From a virus (lineage: Duplodnaviria; Caudoviricetes): DNA of 33,394 bases. The stretch covers positions 1 through 33,394 of IMG/VR virus record IMGVR_UViG_3300017784_001197; one strand, 5' to 3'. A program made the position numbers and the translations under genes. The notes under the pieces are model-generated. The model did no database searches. It had not been told where the DNA came from and saw only the letters and a list, made by a program, of their open reading frames with translations. This document shows, piece after piece, positions 7,648 to 17,934 of the stretch (the first letter of the stretch is position 1; each line of letters starts with the position of its first letter).

Positions 7648-10600
7648 TTAGTCCGCGAAACCTTTGCCACCAAAGCCTCCGTTATCTTTATTGGTTCTAG
7701 TATTTGAGCGTTTCTTGTTAGATTCAGATTTTGATTCTTCTTTAGGAGTATAATTATAGTACTCGTCTTTCATCTGTCGCTCAATATCAGCCTCCTCTTT
7801 GTCTAGTTTTCGCTGCTCTGCATCGGGCGTACCCTCGCCATAGTATTCTTCATATATGTCAGGATAATAACGCTTCAAGTCTTCCTTGTTCAAGCCCATT
7901 ATTTTAGACTCTTCAGATTTTCTTTTTGATTCTTCGCTTTCAACAGTTGTTCCGCTTCTCTTTGCATCGGCAAGTGATGAACGAACAATGCTATTTACTT
8001 CTGATGGAGCAAGACCTATGTTAGATACAATTGCAATTGGAATGAGCGTAGCGATGGCATCTCTGTCTTTCTCAGACAAGTACTTCTTGCGACCGTAATT
8101 ATCTTCATATGATCCACCGGCTGCAAGCATAGACATCTCATAGAGTTGGCTTGCGCGAGCCCCAGAGATACCAAGAAGCCCCAAACTTTGGAAGAAGTCC
8201 TGCTTGTTGCCAGAATATATTTCGAGTCTATCTTCATCGCTTACATCAAGCGCATCTTGTGTTGCATCCAATACTGCGGAAGCCCCTATCTGTATGGCCT
8301 TATCAAGCAATGGAGTCGGAGAGAATACGTCCGCGACAGTACTTGTAAGTTGACCTTTTACAATGGCATCGTTTTTCTTCTTTTCTTTTTCCTCGTCGTC
8401 ATCTCTACCCATTACGCCTTTTACAACTGCCGCGATAAGTAATGCTGATGCCGCGGATACTGCCCTAAACACAGCCATCTCGACAGCAAATCCCCCAAGG
8501 GATCTAGTTGCAATTTCTTTGTCCTCTTTTGTTGCTGTCTTATCCATAATCGTAGACAGATCTGAGCCAAGCCTTGCAGATTGGTTCATTCTAAATGATG
8601 CGAATGGCATAAGTACCTTTACAAACAACTGCTTACTTGCGTCCTTGTCAGATAAAAGCGCTCCGGCAAGATCAGAATCTGATACGTTCTGCTGACGGTC
8701 AACCTGACGCTGAGCGTAGTTTGCTGCTGTCTCATTAATCTCGTGTGTGCTATAGTCTATGCTTGCTGTATTAACGCCTTGCTTCTTGAGTGATTGTTCG
8801 TAGTATGTCATCCAAGATGCGCGAGCAATGTATACGTCGGGCTTAACAAGGAAACTCTTAAGCCACCAATTGTTTATTTTTTCAATCGCTTTTATCGCCT
8901 GCTCTGGCTTGCTTTTTGCAGCCTCTTCAATCATCTTGTTCAGTGATTCAATCTGAGCCTGTGATTCTACTCCACGATTTCCGATAGCGTATCCAGACTC
9001 GTCCATAAACTTTTGTTTAGCCAAATCAAATGTTGACCGAACATCTAAACCACCGGCATTGATTAGCGTGTTCATAGCGATAGGTGCAACCTGTTTGATT
9101 GGCTGCAGAACTCCGCCCAACGCCTGCCCTACACCAACTGAAGCAACTCTATTAAGGTTCTTGACTGCCTTAGAAAATTCATCGTTTGAGAATGGATTCT
9201 TATTACGAATATTCCTTACGTATAAATCTATTCTATTTTTAATTAACTTTTCGTCCCCAGTTCCTTTCATGATTCTTGCAAATGCATCTGAGTTCAATGC
9301 TGATTGCACTTGACGAATTGGAGCCGCCGTATTTATATCAACAAGCGCATCGTACATGGCGTTCGAGTTAGCGTTATCGAATGAAAGATCAATGTACCTG
9401 TTGGTTTTAGATGTGCCTTTACTTTTAGGTAATGATTCTGGACGAGTAGCCGCCATCAGAACGCCGGTCTCTTTCTTATATAGAGGTGCAGTACCACTGT
9501 TAACAAGGAAGCCCATGTCTTCTGTAGTGATGTCAATCTCTCCGGTATCAGAACTCAATTTGCTATATCTGTCTGGCGTATAGTTAATGTCTTTCTCCAG
9601 TTTTTTATTGTACACGCCAAGTGCTGTATCAGACAACTGTTCGTACTTATCAGACCACTCTTCTAGCCAAAACTTAACAGCCTCTAAGTTTTCTGGTGCT
9701 GCTTTGCCTTGAACTTGTTCAATGCTGTCTGAATCTTTTAGTATCTTGTCGTATACTTCTTGGTACACTTTTGCTTTGGCTACCTCTTGCTCGTTGCCTT
9801 TTTCAAGTTCTGTTATTGACTCTTCTATTAAATCTCTTCTTCTCTTGAATTCTGCTTTCATTTCAGAATCTGTGCCAATAACATTCCTTGACATAAATGC
9901 AACTAAGCCACGCTCGATATTGTTGAATGCGGTATTAAACACTTCTCCATTTGGCTTGAGTTTGTAGAACTTGTCTACATACTTATTGACGATGTTATTA
10001 GATTCGCTCTGTGCTTTTGACTTGCCATTCTTTAATGCAGTCACGCCCATAGCATCCTCAACCATTCCACCTTTTGTAAATCCTCCGAACATACGCTCGA
10101 ATACAATAGGAAGGTTGGCTGTCTGCTCTAGTAGCAATCTTCCGAGTCCCTTAGACCAATACTTTCGAATAGGCTTGGCCTTTATACCTTTCTTTTCTAT
10201 GGCACGCATCTCAGTTTCACCTTTGTACTTGGCATAAACAGCGCCCATCTTAGCCACTGATTGATTCTGAAGGAAGTTTATTAGCGCATCTACAGCTTCT
10301 AAAGATTCTTTGGGTTTAAGCATATTCAAATCCATATCCATGAATTCTCTTACTGTTTTCTTTTGGCTATCGCTATACTTAACTTCTTCATCGGTAAATA
10401 CATCTTTGTTATTTCTGATTGAATCTTTAATAATTGATGAGTATACTCTGAATGCTTTGTTTATGGCTGCACGAATCAGTTTTTCATTGTCTTTTGTCAA
10501 TGGCTTATCGCTATCAACCAACTCCATGAGTTGATCGTATGTCAAATCAGATGCATCAATGTCTAGAAGTTCCTGTACTTCGGCTTGTTTCTGGCTTAGT

Positions 10601-13600
10601 AGCATCTTCTGTTGAGCCTCCATTGCCTTGTTAATATAGTCCATGGCATCAGACTCTTTTATCATGTTGGCAAATTTCACATCTGCCTTACGAGTAGTTG
10701 ACCCTTTGATTGAATCCCTAATCAGTGTCGCCATCTCATTGTACTCGTCAATATCCTCAACCATTGATGGATCTATTGCCGCAAACTTGGAGCCCAAGTC
10801 TCTTAGGTTCGCAAAATTTTCCTTGCTCTTTGATAGTTTTCGTATCTGTGAGCGTGTGTTTTTGGCTGTATTTAATTTGTTTGCGTACTCAGCATCAGCA
10901 AATATCTTTCCTGCATAGTCAATGAATTTGTCTACTGCTACTTTGCTATCCAAGTTTAGTTTACCAATCTTGTTGATTACGGCTTGGGCTTTGAATGCAG
11001 ATATCTTTCCACTAGCCTCTATCTCACTAATGACTTTAGATAGGTTCTTGCGCTTCTGATTCATGTCATTCTTAGCATTAGTAGCAGACCTCGCCTCGGC
11101 TTTGATCTGGTCCTTCAACTTCTTCATAGCAGATTGAGCCTTGTCAACATCCTTAATCATATTAACGATGTCCTTTTCTTCAAGGTTGTTCTGCGTGGCT
11201 AGTCGCTTGATTGCGTCTTCAATCTTAATGCCTGCCCTCAAAAGTACTTTGATTGATTTCAATATGGCTCTTGCCAATGGTATAGCCATACCGCTGGATA
11301 GATTCCCACGTCCAAACTCCCCCAATCCATTATCCATGCTATCAAATTTGCGCAACATCTTTTTAAGATTAGTCTCATCGGTAGGATCAAGATCTTTGAT
11401 ATCCTCATATGAGGGCTCCTCTTCCTCTACTACTGAAGTAGGTTCTGCCTTAGTCTCGACTTGCTTGGCTTGTAACTTAGCAAGTTTTGCTTCGGCTTTT
11501 CTCTTTTCCTTCTTTGCTTCCGCTAGTTGATCGTTGTATTGTTCTAGGTATGTATCGTGCTCATCTTTGGCTTGCTCGATCTCTGCGTCAAGATCCTCCT
11601 TGGCTTCTGCTCTTGCATCAGCCGACATCTTCTGTCCTTTGAGAGCATCTCTTTTCTTCTTGATTTCTGCGAGTGCCTCTTTGAGGTTGTACTTGGTGTT
11701 TCCAATCTCTTCAATCGCATCTTCAATCTGACCTTGCTCGTAATCTATTGAATCCTCAAGTCTCTTAATCTCTTCTTGGTCTTTCTTCGAAACCACTGGC
11801 TCTACCTTTGGTGCCGCCTTTGGTATAGGCGCCGCTTTCTTAGGTACAGGCTTTGCTTCGGGTTCTGCCTTCGGTCTTGGTGCTGTCATCTCAGCATTGA
11901 GTTTCTTGTACTCGGCTCTGAGTTCTACAATCCTTTCTTCAATTTGCTTTGGTGTACGAGACTTGTCTTTGTTTACTCTTACATCGTTAATCTTATTGGT
12001 ATACTCTTGACGCAATGCCTCTGGCCCTACGGCTTTCGTTGTGGGTTGTGATACCACAGCAACAGGCTTAGGTGCAGGTGCACTTTCTTTAACACTAGTA
12101 GATGGTTGAGTAGTAGCAACAGATACAGGCGTAGGCTTTACCACAGCCTGTACATCGTTATTCATTATACTTAATAACTCATTCACAGTATACTCGTGAA
12201 TTATTTGTGAGTTTGGCGCCCATTCATATCCATCCTTCAACTCGATCCACCAAGAAACTCCTTCGTCATCTCTTTGTTTATATATACTATCTACTCTTGG
12301 GTCTTCTTCAATATCTTTAATGGTTTTTAACTTTTTAAATTTTTCTTCGGCAGCAACAGGCTTAGGTGCAGGTACCGGCATGTCTATACCTGCTTCTTTT
12401 GCAAACGATCTGTATTGGTCCTCGGTTATTGAGTAAGTTCCATCTCCAATTATGTAACCTGCAAGTTCTTCAAAGGTAAAGTCTTTATCGACTTGGCCAC
12501 CTACGGCCTTTGTGTTATTAGCCCTACTAAAAGATGGGTCTACGTGTTTCCTAAATAAATTTGCAAACTTTTTAAATCCTAGGTTTCTAAATGCTTTGCC
12601 AATTTCATCTTTCATATACGCTTGAAAGAGTGATCCATCACTGGCGTATATGGCAGTTGGTTCCTTTACTGTCGATTGTTCTACAGCAACAGGCTTGGGT
12701 GCAGGTGAAGTAGGCTTGGGGATGGCCACAGGAATAGGAACGCTCTTAGCCTTTGGTGTCTTCGAAGACACTTTTGGCTTGGCTGTTACTACCGGTGCCG
12801 CTGGTAATACTGCTTGCTTTACAGGGAACTTAGCGATGTCTTCTTCGAGTATCTTGATGTCATTATCACGGCCCTCTACATTTATATTTTCATCAGGATT
12901 TTTATTAGCAAACTCAATCATATCCTTTGCACTTTGCAATGCAGCAAGGCGTGGATCTTGATCGAACAACTCTTGGTATTCGTATTGGCCCTTGTCTCTG
13001 TCTCTGAAATATATCTCGTCAGAGATTAAGCCATCTACTTTACTAAAGTTTTTCTTTTTGTTTATCGTTTCTTCGAAGTCTGTCTTTTCTTTCTGAGCCT
13101 GCTTGAATTCCTCGATAGCAACATCGGCATCATCTGCCGTGGCTATTCTTCTTTTGGCTCTAGCAATCTTTTCATCAAGATTTTGCAGAATCTGATCATC
13201 TTTCTCCCGACTGACTGGTTCCTTGACACGACCAATTGATTCGTTGATTGTCTTCAACTCGTCATCAACTCCCGGCAATACTTCCGTATCCTCGGGGATT
13301 TCAATTCGATCGAATACCGCTTGTAGTTCCTCGTCAGTGGTGGCTACTTCTTCTTTGACAACTTCTTCGGTAGGGGCTTGGACTTGGGCGTTTCCTTCTC
13401 CCACTTCTTGCAATCCCACTTGGGATTCTTCTGCGCGTAACACGCTTTCCTCTGTGCTTGGCTTTTGAACGGCATTTTCTTGTAGTGTTTTTATTTGTGA
13501 ATTGATGGAAGCAAGTTTGTCCTTGGCTGATTGTGTCTTCTTGCCTTCGAATTTCTTACGCTCTTTTTCTAATGCGGTAATCTGATCCAATGTATCCTCA

Positions 13601-15159
13601 TCTATATCCGGATTTGCTGAACGGACTTCCTCCTTGATGGAAGATGTCACCATTTTATCCTGCATCTTTACACTCAACTCTGGATCATTGGTTATTTCTA
13701 TGTTTGAGTTAGCCAAATCTGTTGCATCCATTTTATCAATCATTTGATTGATAACTTCTGGTGACTCTATCTTTATACCATTGACACTATATGAAGGCGT
13801 CGGCCCTTTAGGCTTTGACTCAAAATTTTCTATTTGGCTTTCAATCAACTGAGCCTCTGCTGTATTGCCTTCCTTCTTGAGTGCTTTGGCTTTCGCCCCC
13901 ATTGCATTCAACAGGAACCCCACACCAAATCCTATACCACCAGACTCACCTACTCCTTCGATTAGATCTTGGTTTATATTGTATATCTCTTGCGCAGTTT
14001 TGTTGGAGTATAATTGTTGAAGAACCTCAGTGGTCATCTCCTCTAAGCCACCCGTCAATCCTGCAACACCCTTGGTCTTAATATAATTTGTCACACCACC
14101 GGCTGTAGATTGGTTGAATCGTTTCAAAAACTGCATTACGGGAATCTGCTCTAGTACCGAGCCTACTGCAGCGTTCTTATAGAATGCCTCGTATGCTTGT
14201 TCATCTGTAGCGCCTGCTTCTTTTGCTCTGTCAAACTCCGATTGGCCCATGGATAACCCTGCGCTTATTGCACCGGGCCTCGTGGCACTTGATGCCAATT
14301 GTTTGCTCGCAGCAGCGATAGCCCCTCCAATAGTCTTTGGTGCAACATTTACAGCGAGCGATGTTGTTGCCGCCCCTGTTCCGGCTAGTCCTTCTGTTAA
14401 AAGTATAGCCGCTACTTGACCAAATGCTTGGGCAAATTGGTCTGTAAGAGTACCTTTAAATTCTTCATCCTGTGGAGTTAGTTCGTCAATGGCGTTATTG
14501 AAGTAATCTCCAAACTTTATTAATGGCTCACTGATTGGCCCTTTGCCAGTTGCTCCTTCGATTGCTGTGCCTAACGCTTTTATTGGCATTCCTATGAACC
14601 CCTTATACACCGCTTTATCAATTGCGGATACTACGTTGTTAAGAAATTTCTGTTCTGGGAGTTGAGGTTTGCCCTCGGCTTGTATTTCCTCTGGAGTTCT
14701 CATCCGGAAAGTCTCATCACTCCCAGTAAAAACTTGAGACTTTACTGGTACTTTTTCCGGTGCTTCTACTATTGCTTGTGCTTCTTCGGCTGTCCTCATT
14801 GGAGGCGCCTCAAACATAGGGGCAGTCTCAGGAACTCTTTGAGATCCCAAAGAAATACCCGAAGGCTTGGATTCCAAAAACGGGGGTGTTTGTTCTTGCT
14901 TTGGTTTTGCTTGCTCCTGCTTTTGAAGCCACAGAGGAACTGACTCTTCTTTTTTTTTTACAGGTTCGGACGCGCCTCCTCCTATCAGTTGATCAAAATC
15001 AACTTCAGATCCGGTATACCCATCACTTGCAAACAATCCAAAAGCATGTGTCTTTGCTTCGGTATTTGATTGTATTAATTGTTTGAACTGGTCGTAATTA
15101 CCTGTGTATCCATCGCTTGCAAACAAGTCGAATGCGTGCTTTATTGCTTCTTCGTTCAT
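7648..15159 (-). CDS. Giant (2503 aa) putative internal virion / DNA-ejection protein
   Basis: Uninterrupted 7.5-kb ORF, last and largest of three genes following the tail genes (T7 gp14-15-16-like synteny). Contains Gly/Ala-rich hydrophobic stretches, coiled coils and Pro/Lys/Ala linkers. No catalytic motif recognised. Confidence 0.7.
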   Translation of the reverse strand: MNEEAIKHAFDLFASDGYTGNYDQFKQLIQSNTEAKTHAFGLFASDGYTGSEVDFDQLIGGGASEPVKKKEESVPLWLQKQEQAKPKQEQTPPFLESKPSGISLGSQRVPETAPMFEAPPMRTAEEAQAIVEAPEKVPVKSQVFTGSDETFRMRTPEEIQAEGKPQLPEQKFLNNVVSAIDKAVYKGFIGMPIKALGTAIEGATGKGPISEPLIKFGDYFNNAIDELTPQDEEFKGTLTDQFAQAFGQVAAILLTEGLAGTGAATTSLAVNVAPKTIGGAIAAASKQLASSATRPGAISAGLSMGQSEFDRAKEAGATDEQAYEAFYKNAAVGSVLEQIPVMQFLKRFNQSTAGGVTNYIKTKGVAGLTGGLEEMTTEVLQQLYSNKTAQEIYNINQDLIEGVGESGGIGFGVGFLLNAMGAKAKALKKEGNTAEAQLIESQIENFESKPKGPTPSYSVNGIKIESPEVINQMIDKMDATDLANSNIEITNDPELSVKMQDKMVTSSIKEEVRSANPDIDEDTLDQITALEKERKKFEGKKTQSAKDKLASINSQIKTLQENAVQKPSTEESVLRAEESQVGLQEVGEGNAQVQAPTEEVVKEEVATTDEELQAVFDRIEIPEDTEVLPGVDDELKTINESIGRVKEPVSREKDDQILQNLDEKIARAKRRIATADDADVAIEEFKQAQKEKTDFEETINKKKNFSKVDGLISDEIYFRDRDKGQYEYQELFDQDPRLAALQSAKDMIEFANKNPDENINVEGRDNDIKILEEDIAKFPVKQAVLPAAPVVTAKPKVSSKTPKAKSVPIPVAIPKPTSPAPKPVAVEQSTVKEPTAIYASDGSLFQAYMKDEIGKAFRNLGFKKFANLFRKHVDPSFSRANNTKAVGGQVDKDFTFEELAGYIIGDGTYSITEDQYRSFAKEAGIDMPVPAPKPVAAEEKFKKLKTIKDIEEDPRVDSIYKQRDDEGVSWWIELKDGYEWAPNSQIIHEYTVNELLSIMNNDVQAVVKPTPVSVATTQPSTSVKESAPAPKPVAVVSQPTTKAVGPEALRQEYTNKINDVRVNKDKSRTPKQIEERIVELRAEYKKLNAEMTAPRPKAEPEAKPVPKKAAPIPKAAPKVEPVVSKKDQEEIKRLEDSIDYEQGQIEDAIEEIGNTKYNLKEALAEIKKKRDALKGQKMSADARAEAKEDLDAEIEQAKDEHDTYLEQYNDQLAEAKKEKRKAEAKLAKLQAKQVETKAEPTSVVEEEEPSYEDIKDLDPTDETNLKKMLRKFDSMDNGLGEFGRGNLSSGMAIPLARAILKSIKVLLRAGIKIEDAIKRLATQNNLEEKDIVNMIKDVDKAQSAMKKLKDQIKAEARSATNAKNDMNQKRKNLSKVISEIEASGKISAFKAQAVINKIGKLNLDSKVAVDKFIDYAGKIFADAEYANKLNTAKNTRSQIRKLSKSKENFANLRDLGSKFAAIDPSMVEDIDEYNEMATLIRDSIKGSTTRKADVKFANMIKESDAMDYINKAMEAQQKMLLSQKQAEVQELLDIDASDLTYDQLMELVDSDKPLTKDNEKLIRAAINKAFRVYSSIIKDSIRNNKDVFTDEEVKYSDSQKKTVREFMDMDLNMLKPKESLEAVDALINFLQNQSVAKMGAVYAKYKGETEMRAIEKKGIKAKPIRKYWSKGLGRLLLEQTANLPIVFERMFGGFTKGGMVEDAMGVTALKNGKSKAQSESNNIVNKYVDKFYKLKPNGEVFNTAFNNIERGLVAFMSRNVIGTDSEMKAEFKRRRDLIEESITELEKGNEQEVAKAKVYQEVYDKILKDSDSIEQVQGKAAPENLEAVKFWLEEWSDKYEQLSDTALGVYNKKLEKDINYTPDRYSKLSSDTGEIDITTEDMGFLVNSGTAPLYKKETGVLMAATRPESLPKSKGTSKTNRYIDLSFDNANSNAMYDALVDINTAAPIRQVQSALNSDAFARIMKGTGDEKLIKNRIDLYVRNIRNKNPFSNDEFSKAVKNLNRVASVGVGQALGGVLQPIKQVAPIAMNTLINAGGLDVRSTFDLAKQKFMDESGYAIGNRGVESQAQIESLNKMIEEAAKSKPEQAIKAIEKINNWWLKSFLVKPDVYIARASWMTYYEQSLKKQGVNTASIDYSTHEINETAANYAQRQVDRQQNVSDSDLAGALLSDKDASKQLFVKVLMPFASFRMNQSARLGSDLSTIMDKTATKEDKEIATRSLGGFAVEMAVFRAVSAASALLIAAVVKGVMGRDDDEEKEKKKNDAIVKGQLTSTVADVFSPTPLLDKAIQIGASAVLDATQDALDVSDEDRLEIYSGNKQDFFQSLGLLGISGARASQLYEMSMLAAGGSYEDNYGRKKYLSEKDRDAIATLIPIAIVSNIGLAPSEVNSIVRSSLADAKRSGTTVESEESKRKSEESKIMGLNKEDLKRYYPDIYEEYYGEGTPDAEQRKLDKEEADIERQMKDEYYNYTPKEESKSESNKKRSNTRTNKDNGGFGGKGFAD
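12057..12706. repeat. Three dispersed 23-bp direct repeats CAGCAACAGGCTTRGGTGCAGGT (encoding PAPKPVA on the - strand)
   Basis: Copies at 12057-12079 and 12351-12373 are identical; the copy at 12684-12706 has one mismatch. Spacings are 294 and 333 bp. Confidence 0.9.
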
Positions 15160-15175
15160 GATTTAAATATAATTA

Positions 15176-16990
15176 TTAATTAGTAGGGGGATTAAACTTA
15201 GATGCATTGTCACCTCTGAGCGCTCCAGATCTATCAGCATTGATTAATGTTTTTTGATCTAGGTTGGCAGTTACAAAATCTACAATACTTTTTGCCACAC
15301 TTGCTGACCCCTTCCCTACTTTCAATTTGAATTCTTGAGTTGCCCCATCTTTACCGGGTGCCTTTATTTCTATAGCGTTAGATCCGAAGTCTGATTCTTT
15401 AGCCGTAAATCCTAACTTCGTAATAGAGTTAAGTATTTGAGGCACTGCCACTTCCTCCTCTTGGTTGATCATTGCAGGCGTTATTACTTTAGTTAAGTAA
15501 TTCTTTGCCTTCTGTTGCGGAGTAATTGGAGCTGCTGGTTGAGATATGATAGATTTGGCTGAAGAATTCGGATTAAAAGCACCGCTTGGCTTGTATCCTG
15601 ATTCTTTTATTGCTGTATTGACATCTGTAATACCGTGTAACGCAGTGGCTGATGCCAACCAAACGTCTTGAGGTATAACTTGTTGGTTTTGGTCTTTAAA
15701 CTTAATAGTTTTAGATGACCCGTTGTTAAAAGTTAAAACGACTCCTGTAGAATTTCTATCTACTTCTTTTATATCTGGTATGATGTCTCTGAAATACTGA
15801 GCGGCAGCCTCTGAATCTTTATTGTCTCCATAATACAATTTGGCCGCCATGTTTAGATTATTTTTAGACCTGTCTTTATTAGCAGCAACACCCTTATAGT
15901 ATTCTATTTCAGCAACACTTGGCCTGTAAACGTCCGGCTCTGTAAATACACTTTTCTCAGTCTTCTTATCTATGTAACTAGTCATCTGACTCTTGATATA
16001 AGCCTCCGCGTCCTTTATCTGTTCTTCTTTGAACTTGGGTGTGATAACACCAGATCCATTTCGGTTCTCCATTAAGATCAGATCACCGCTTTTGTCTGCA
16101 TCAAACTCTTCCTTGCTATAGGTCGCAGTGTATTGGTTTCCTGTTCTAGGATTGACGTTCATGTTGTCCGCTAGGATTGAAGCCAATTGATAGTCGCTCG
16201 CCATGATCTTCTTGATGGTGGCATCCTCCCATTGAGTGTAAGTGTTTCTAAGTGTAGGGTCAGTGATGTCAGTAACTACGCCAGTTCTTCTGAAACTTGT
16301 CTTACCTAATTCACTTATGGTATTCTCTCCAAGTTGACCCACCGCTTGAGTGATGCCAAGTGGCAAACTATATGCGTCAATTTTTGCATTCACCCTATTT
16401 CGTAATGATTGTAGGCTCACGTAGTTCTTGCCCAATTTTTCTACTCCATCTTCTCCGACTTCAGGGTTAGATAGGTAGACCATACCATTGGTTGAGTTAA
16501 TGGTAGGCACAGTGTTGGATATGTTTGCGAATGACTCGTTCAACGCAGCCAAATCTGGCTCAAGTCTAGACGACTCTGGCATTCCGGTTGCTGGATTTAT
16601 TGTCCTTGACCTGTCCATAACTACTTTGTACTGATCTTGGTATTCTTTGGCTAAAGTAAATACCAAATTAGTTGAGTCAACGCTATTCTGCGCAGCCACT
16701 TGGTAGTCGCTCAACTTCATCTGACCTGACTTCAACAACCTATCAAGAGATAGTCTATAGTTCATCATGTCGTTGGCATAGTTGATCGTCCACGCAGAAG
16801 CAGTGGTGTTCTCTCCCTTTGGTGCATCAGCCAACGTAGTCATCGCCTCCCTAGTGGCAGCGTCGATGGCGGCTTTCTTTGCCTGCCTGTCTTTGTCTAC
16901 CTGTATGATGGTGTCAGACAGACCCTTGCTTACCTCGGCCCAGTTGATCTGACTGTTGGCCTCCCGTTCGGCATATTTATAGTATGTCAT
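15176..16990 (-). CDS. Putative internal virion (ejection) protein, 604 aa
   Basis: Long ORF coupled to the upstream gene (TAATG overlap), in the middle position of the three-gene core cassette. Function inferred from synteny only. Confidence 0.6.
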   Translation of the reverse strand: MTYYKYAEREANSQINWAEVSKGLSDTIIQVDKDRQAKKAAIDAATREAMTTLADAPKGENTTASAWTINYANDMMNYRLSLDRLLKSGQMKLSDYQVAAQNSVDSTNLVFTLAKEYQDQYKVVMDRSRTINPATGMPESSRLEPDLAALNESFANISNTVPTINSTNGMVYLSNPEVGEDGVEKLGKNYVSLQSLRNRVNAKIDAYSLPLGITQAVGQLGENTISELGKTSFRRTGVVTDITDPTLRNTYTQWEDATIKKIMASDYQLASILADNMNVNPRTGNQYTATYSKEEFDADKSGDLILMENRNGSGVITPKFKEEQIKDAEAYIKSQMTSYIDKKTEKSVFTEPDVYRPSVAEIEYYKGVAANKDRSKNNLNMAAKLYYGDNKDSEAAAQYFRDIIPDIKEVDRNSTGVVLTFNNGSSKTIKFKDQNQQVIPQDVWLASATALHGITDVNTAIKESGYKPSGAFNPNSSAKSIISQPAAPITPQQKAKNYLTKVITPAMINQEEEVAVPQILNSITKLGFTAKESDFGSNAIEIKAPGKDGATQEFKLKVGKGSASVAKSIVDFVTANLDQKTLINADRSGALRGDNASKFNPPTN

Positions 16991-17931
16991 TATCTTCCGT
17001 ATATATCAAATGGGTTCAATGAAGATCCTTCGTAATATCCAGTCCCGGGTAAGTTGGTATTGAATGGTGTACCACCTGCTTGTGGTGGAACAGTGGTAAA
17101 CATCCCCATACTTTCAGTCGTAGGGATTGGCGCCGGAGCAAATAGATTTAACTTAAGCAATTCTTTAATTGCCTTGGGGTCTTGACTTAGAGCGTCTTGA
17201 AACTGAATTGGTGTTTGGAATCCAACAATTGGATTCCCTTTAGCATCAACAGAAGTTTTACTATACCCCATACCAGCCAATGGACCGCCTTGCGCTGCCA
17301 CAATATTTTGAATTTGCTCCTGAGTTTTGCCTGCGGCAAGCCCTTGCTTGATTAATTCATCGTATGCCTTGGCTCCTTGAGACTTGTAGTATAATGGTAG
17401 TGCTGCCCCTACTTGTCCTGCCGTACTTGCAAGTCCTTGAACCCCTTGCATTACCGCTGCTGATCTTCTTTCTTCTGCATCCCTCATCGCTAACTGCGCG
17501 CCTTCTGCTTCAGCCATGCTGATCTTAGCGGCGTAGTCTTTCAACCTAGCATCTTCTTCTGCTACCGTCATATTCAAGGCTTGAATCTGTTGTGTCTGTT
17601 CGCCTGAGATGTCTCTTTGCAATTCGTTCTGAGCCATCTGTATACGACCGGCTGTTGCTGCTGCACCTCTTTCGCTTTCGATACCAGCCTCAATTGCTTG
17701 AGCGCCTTGAACGAGTGCGGCCTCTCTAGCCCTATCGTATGGTTCTTTGGACAATGACAATGCTTTGTACACATTCTCTTCAGCCCTTCTTCGAGCCTCT
17801 TGTATAGCCTTGTCGGCTTCGATTCTTGCTGTTGTCGCTGCCTTGCGTTGCTTAGACGCTTCGCTAAAGGACATGCCTGTACCAGCGACTGTCGCTGCTA
17901 TTCCTACTACTGTTGCTGTTGTTGCTGCCAT
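16990..17931 (-). CDS. Putative internal virion (ejection) protein, 313 aa
   Basis: Hydrophobic Ala/Gly/Thr N-terminus (MAATTATVVGIAATVAGTGMSF) followed by an Ala/Gln/Glu-rich coiled coil, typical of the first podovirus ejection protein. Confidence 0.65.
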   Translation of the reverse strand: MAATTATVVGIAATVAGTGMSFSEASKQRKAATTARIEADKAIQEARRRAEENVYKALSLSKEPYDRAREAALVQGAQAIEAGIESERGAAATAGRIQMAQNELQRDISGEQTQQIQALNMTVAEEDARLKDYAAKISMAEAEGAQLAMRDAEERRSAAVMQGVQGLASTAGQVGAALPLYYKSQGAKAYDELIKQGLAAGKTQEQIQNIVAAQGGPLAGMGYSKTSVDAKGNPIVGFQTPIQFQDALSQDPKAIKELLKLNLFAPAPIPTTESMGMFTTVPPQAGGTPFNTNLPGTGYYEGSSLNPFDIYGR

Positions 17932-17934
17932 GAC

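Noticed and set aside
12057-12706. CRISPR array or diversity-generating retroelement repeats
   Set aside because: Spacers are about 270-310 bp of in-frame coding sequence. There is no reverse transcriptase and no adenine-specific mismatch pattern.
7648-15159. Virion RNA polymerase as in crAss-like or N4-like phages
   Set aside because: No DxDxD (DFDID/DFDGD) catalytic motif or T7-like polymerase motifs were found by eye. A remote-homology search is still advisable.
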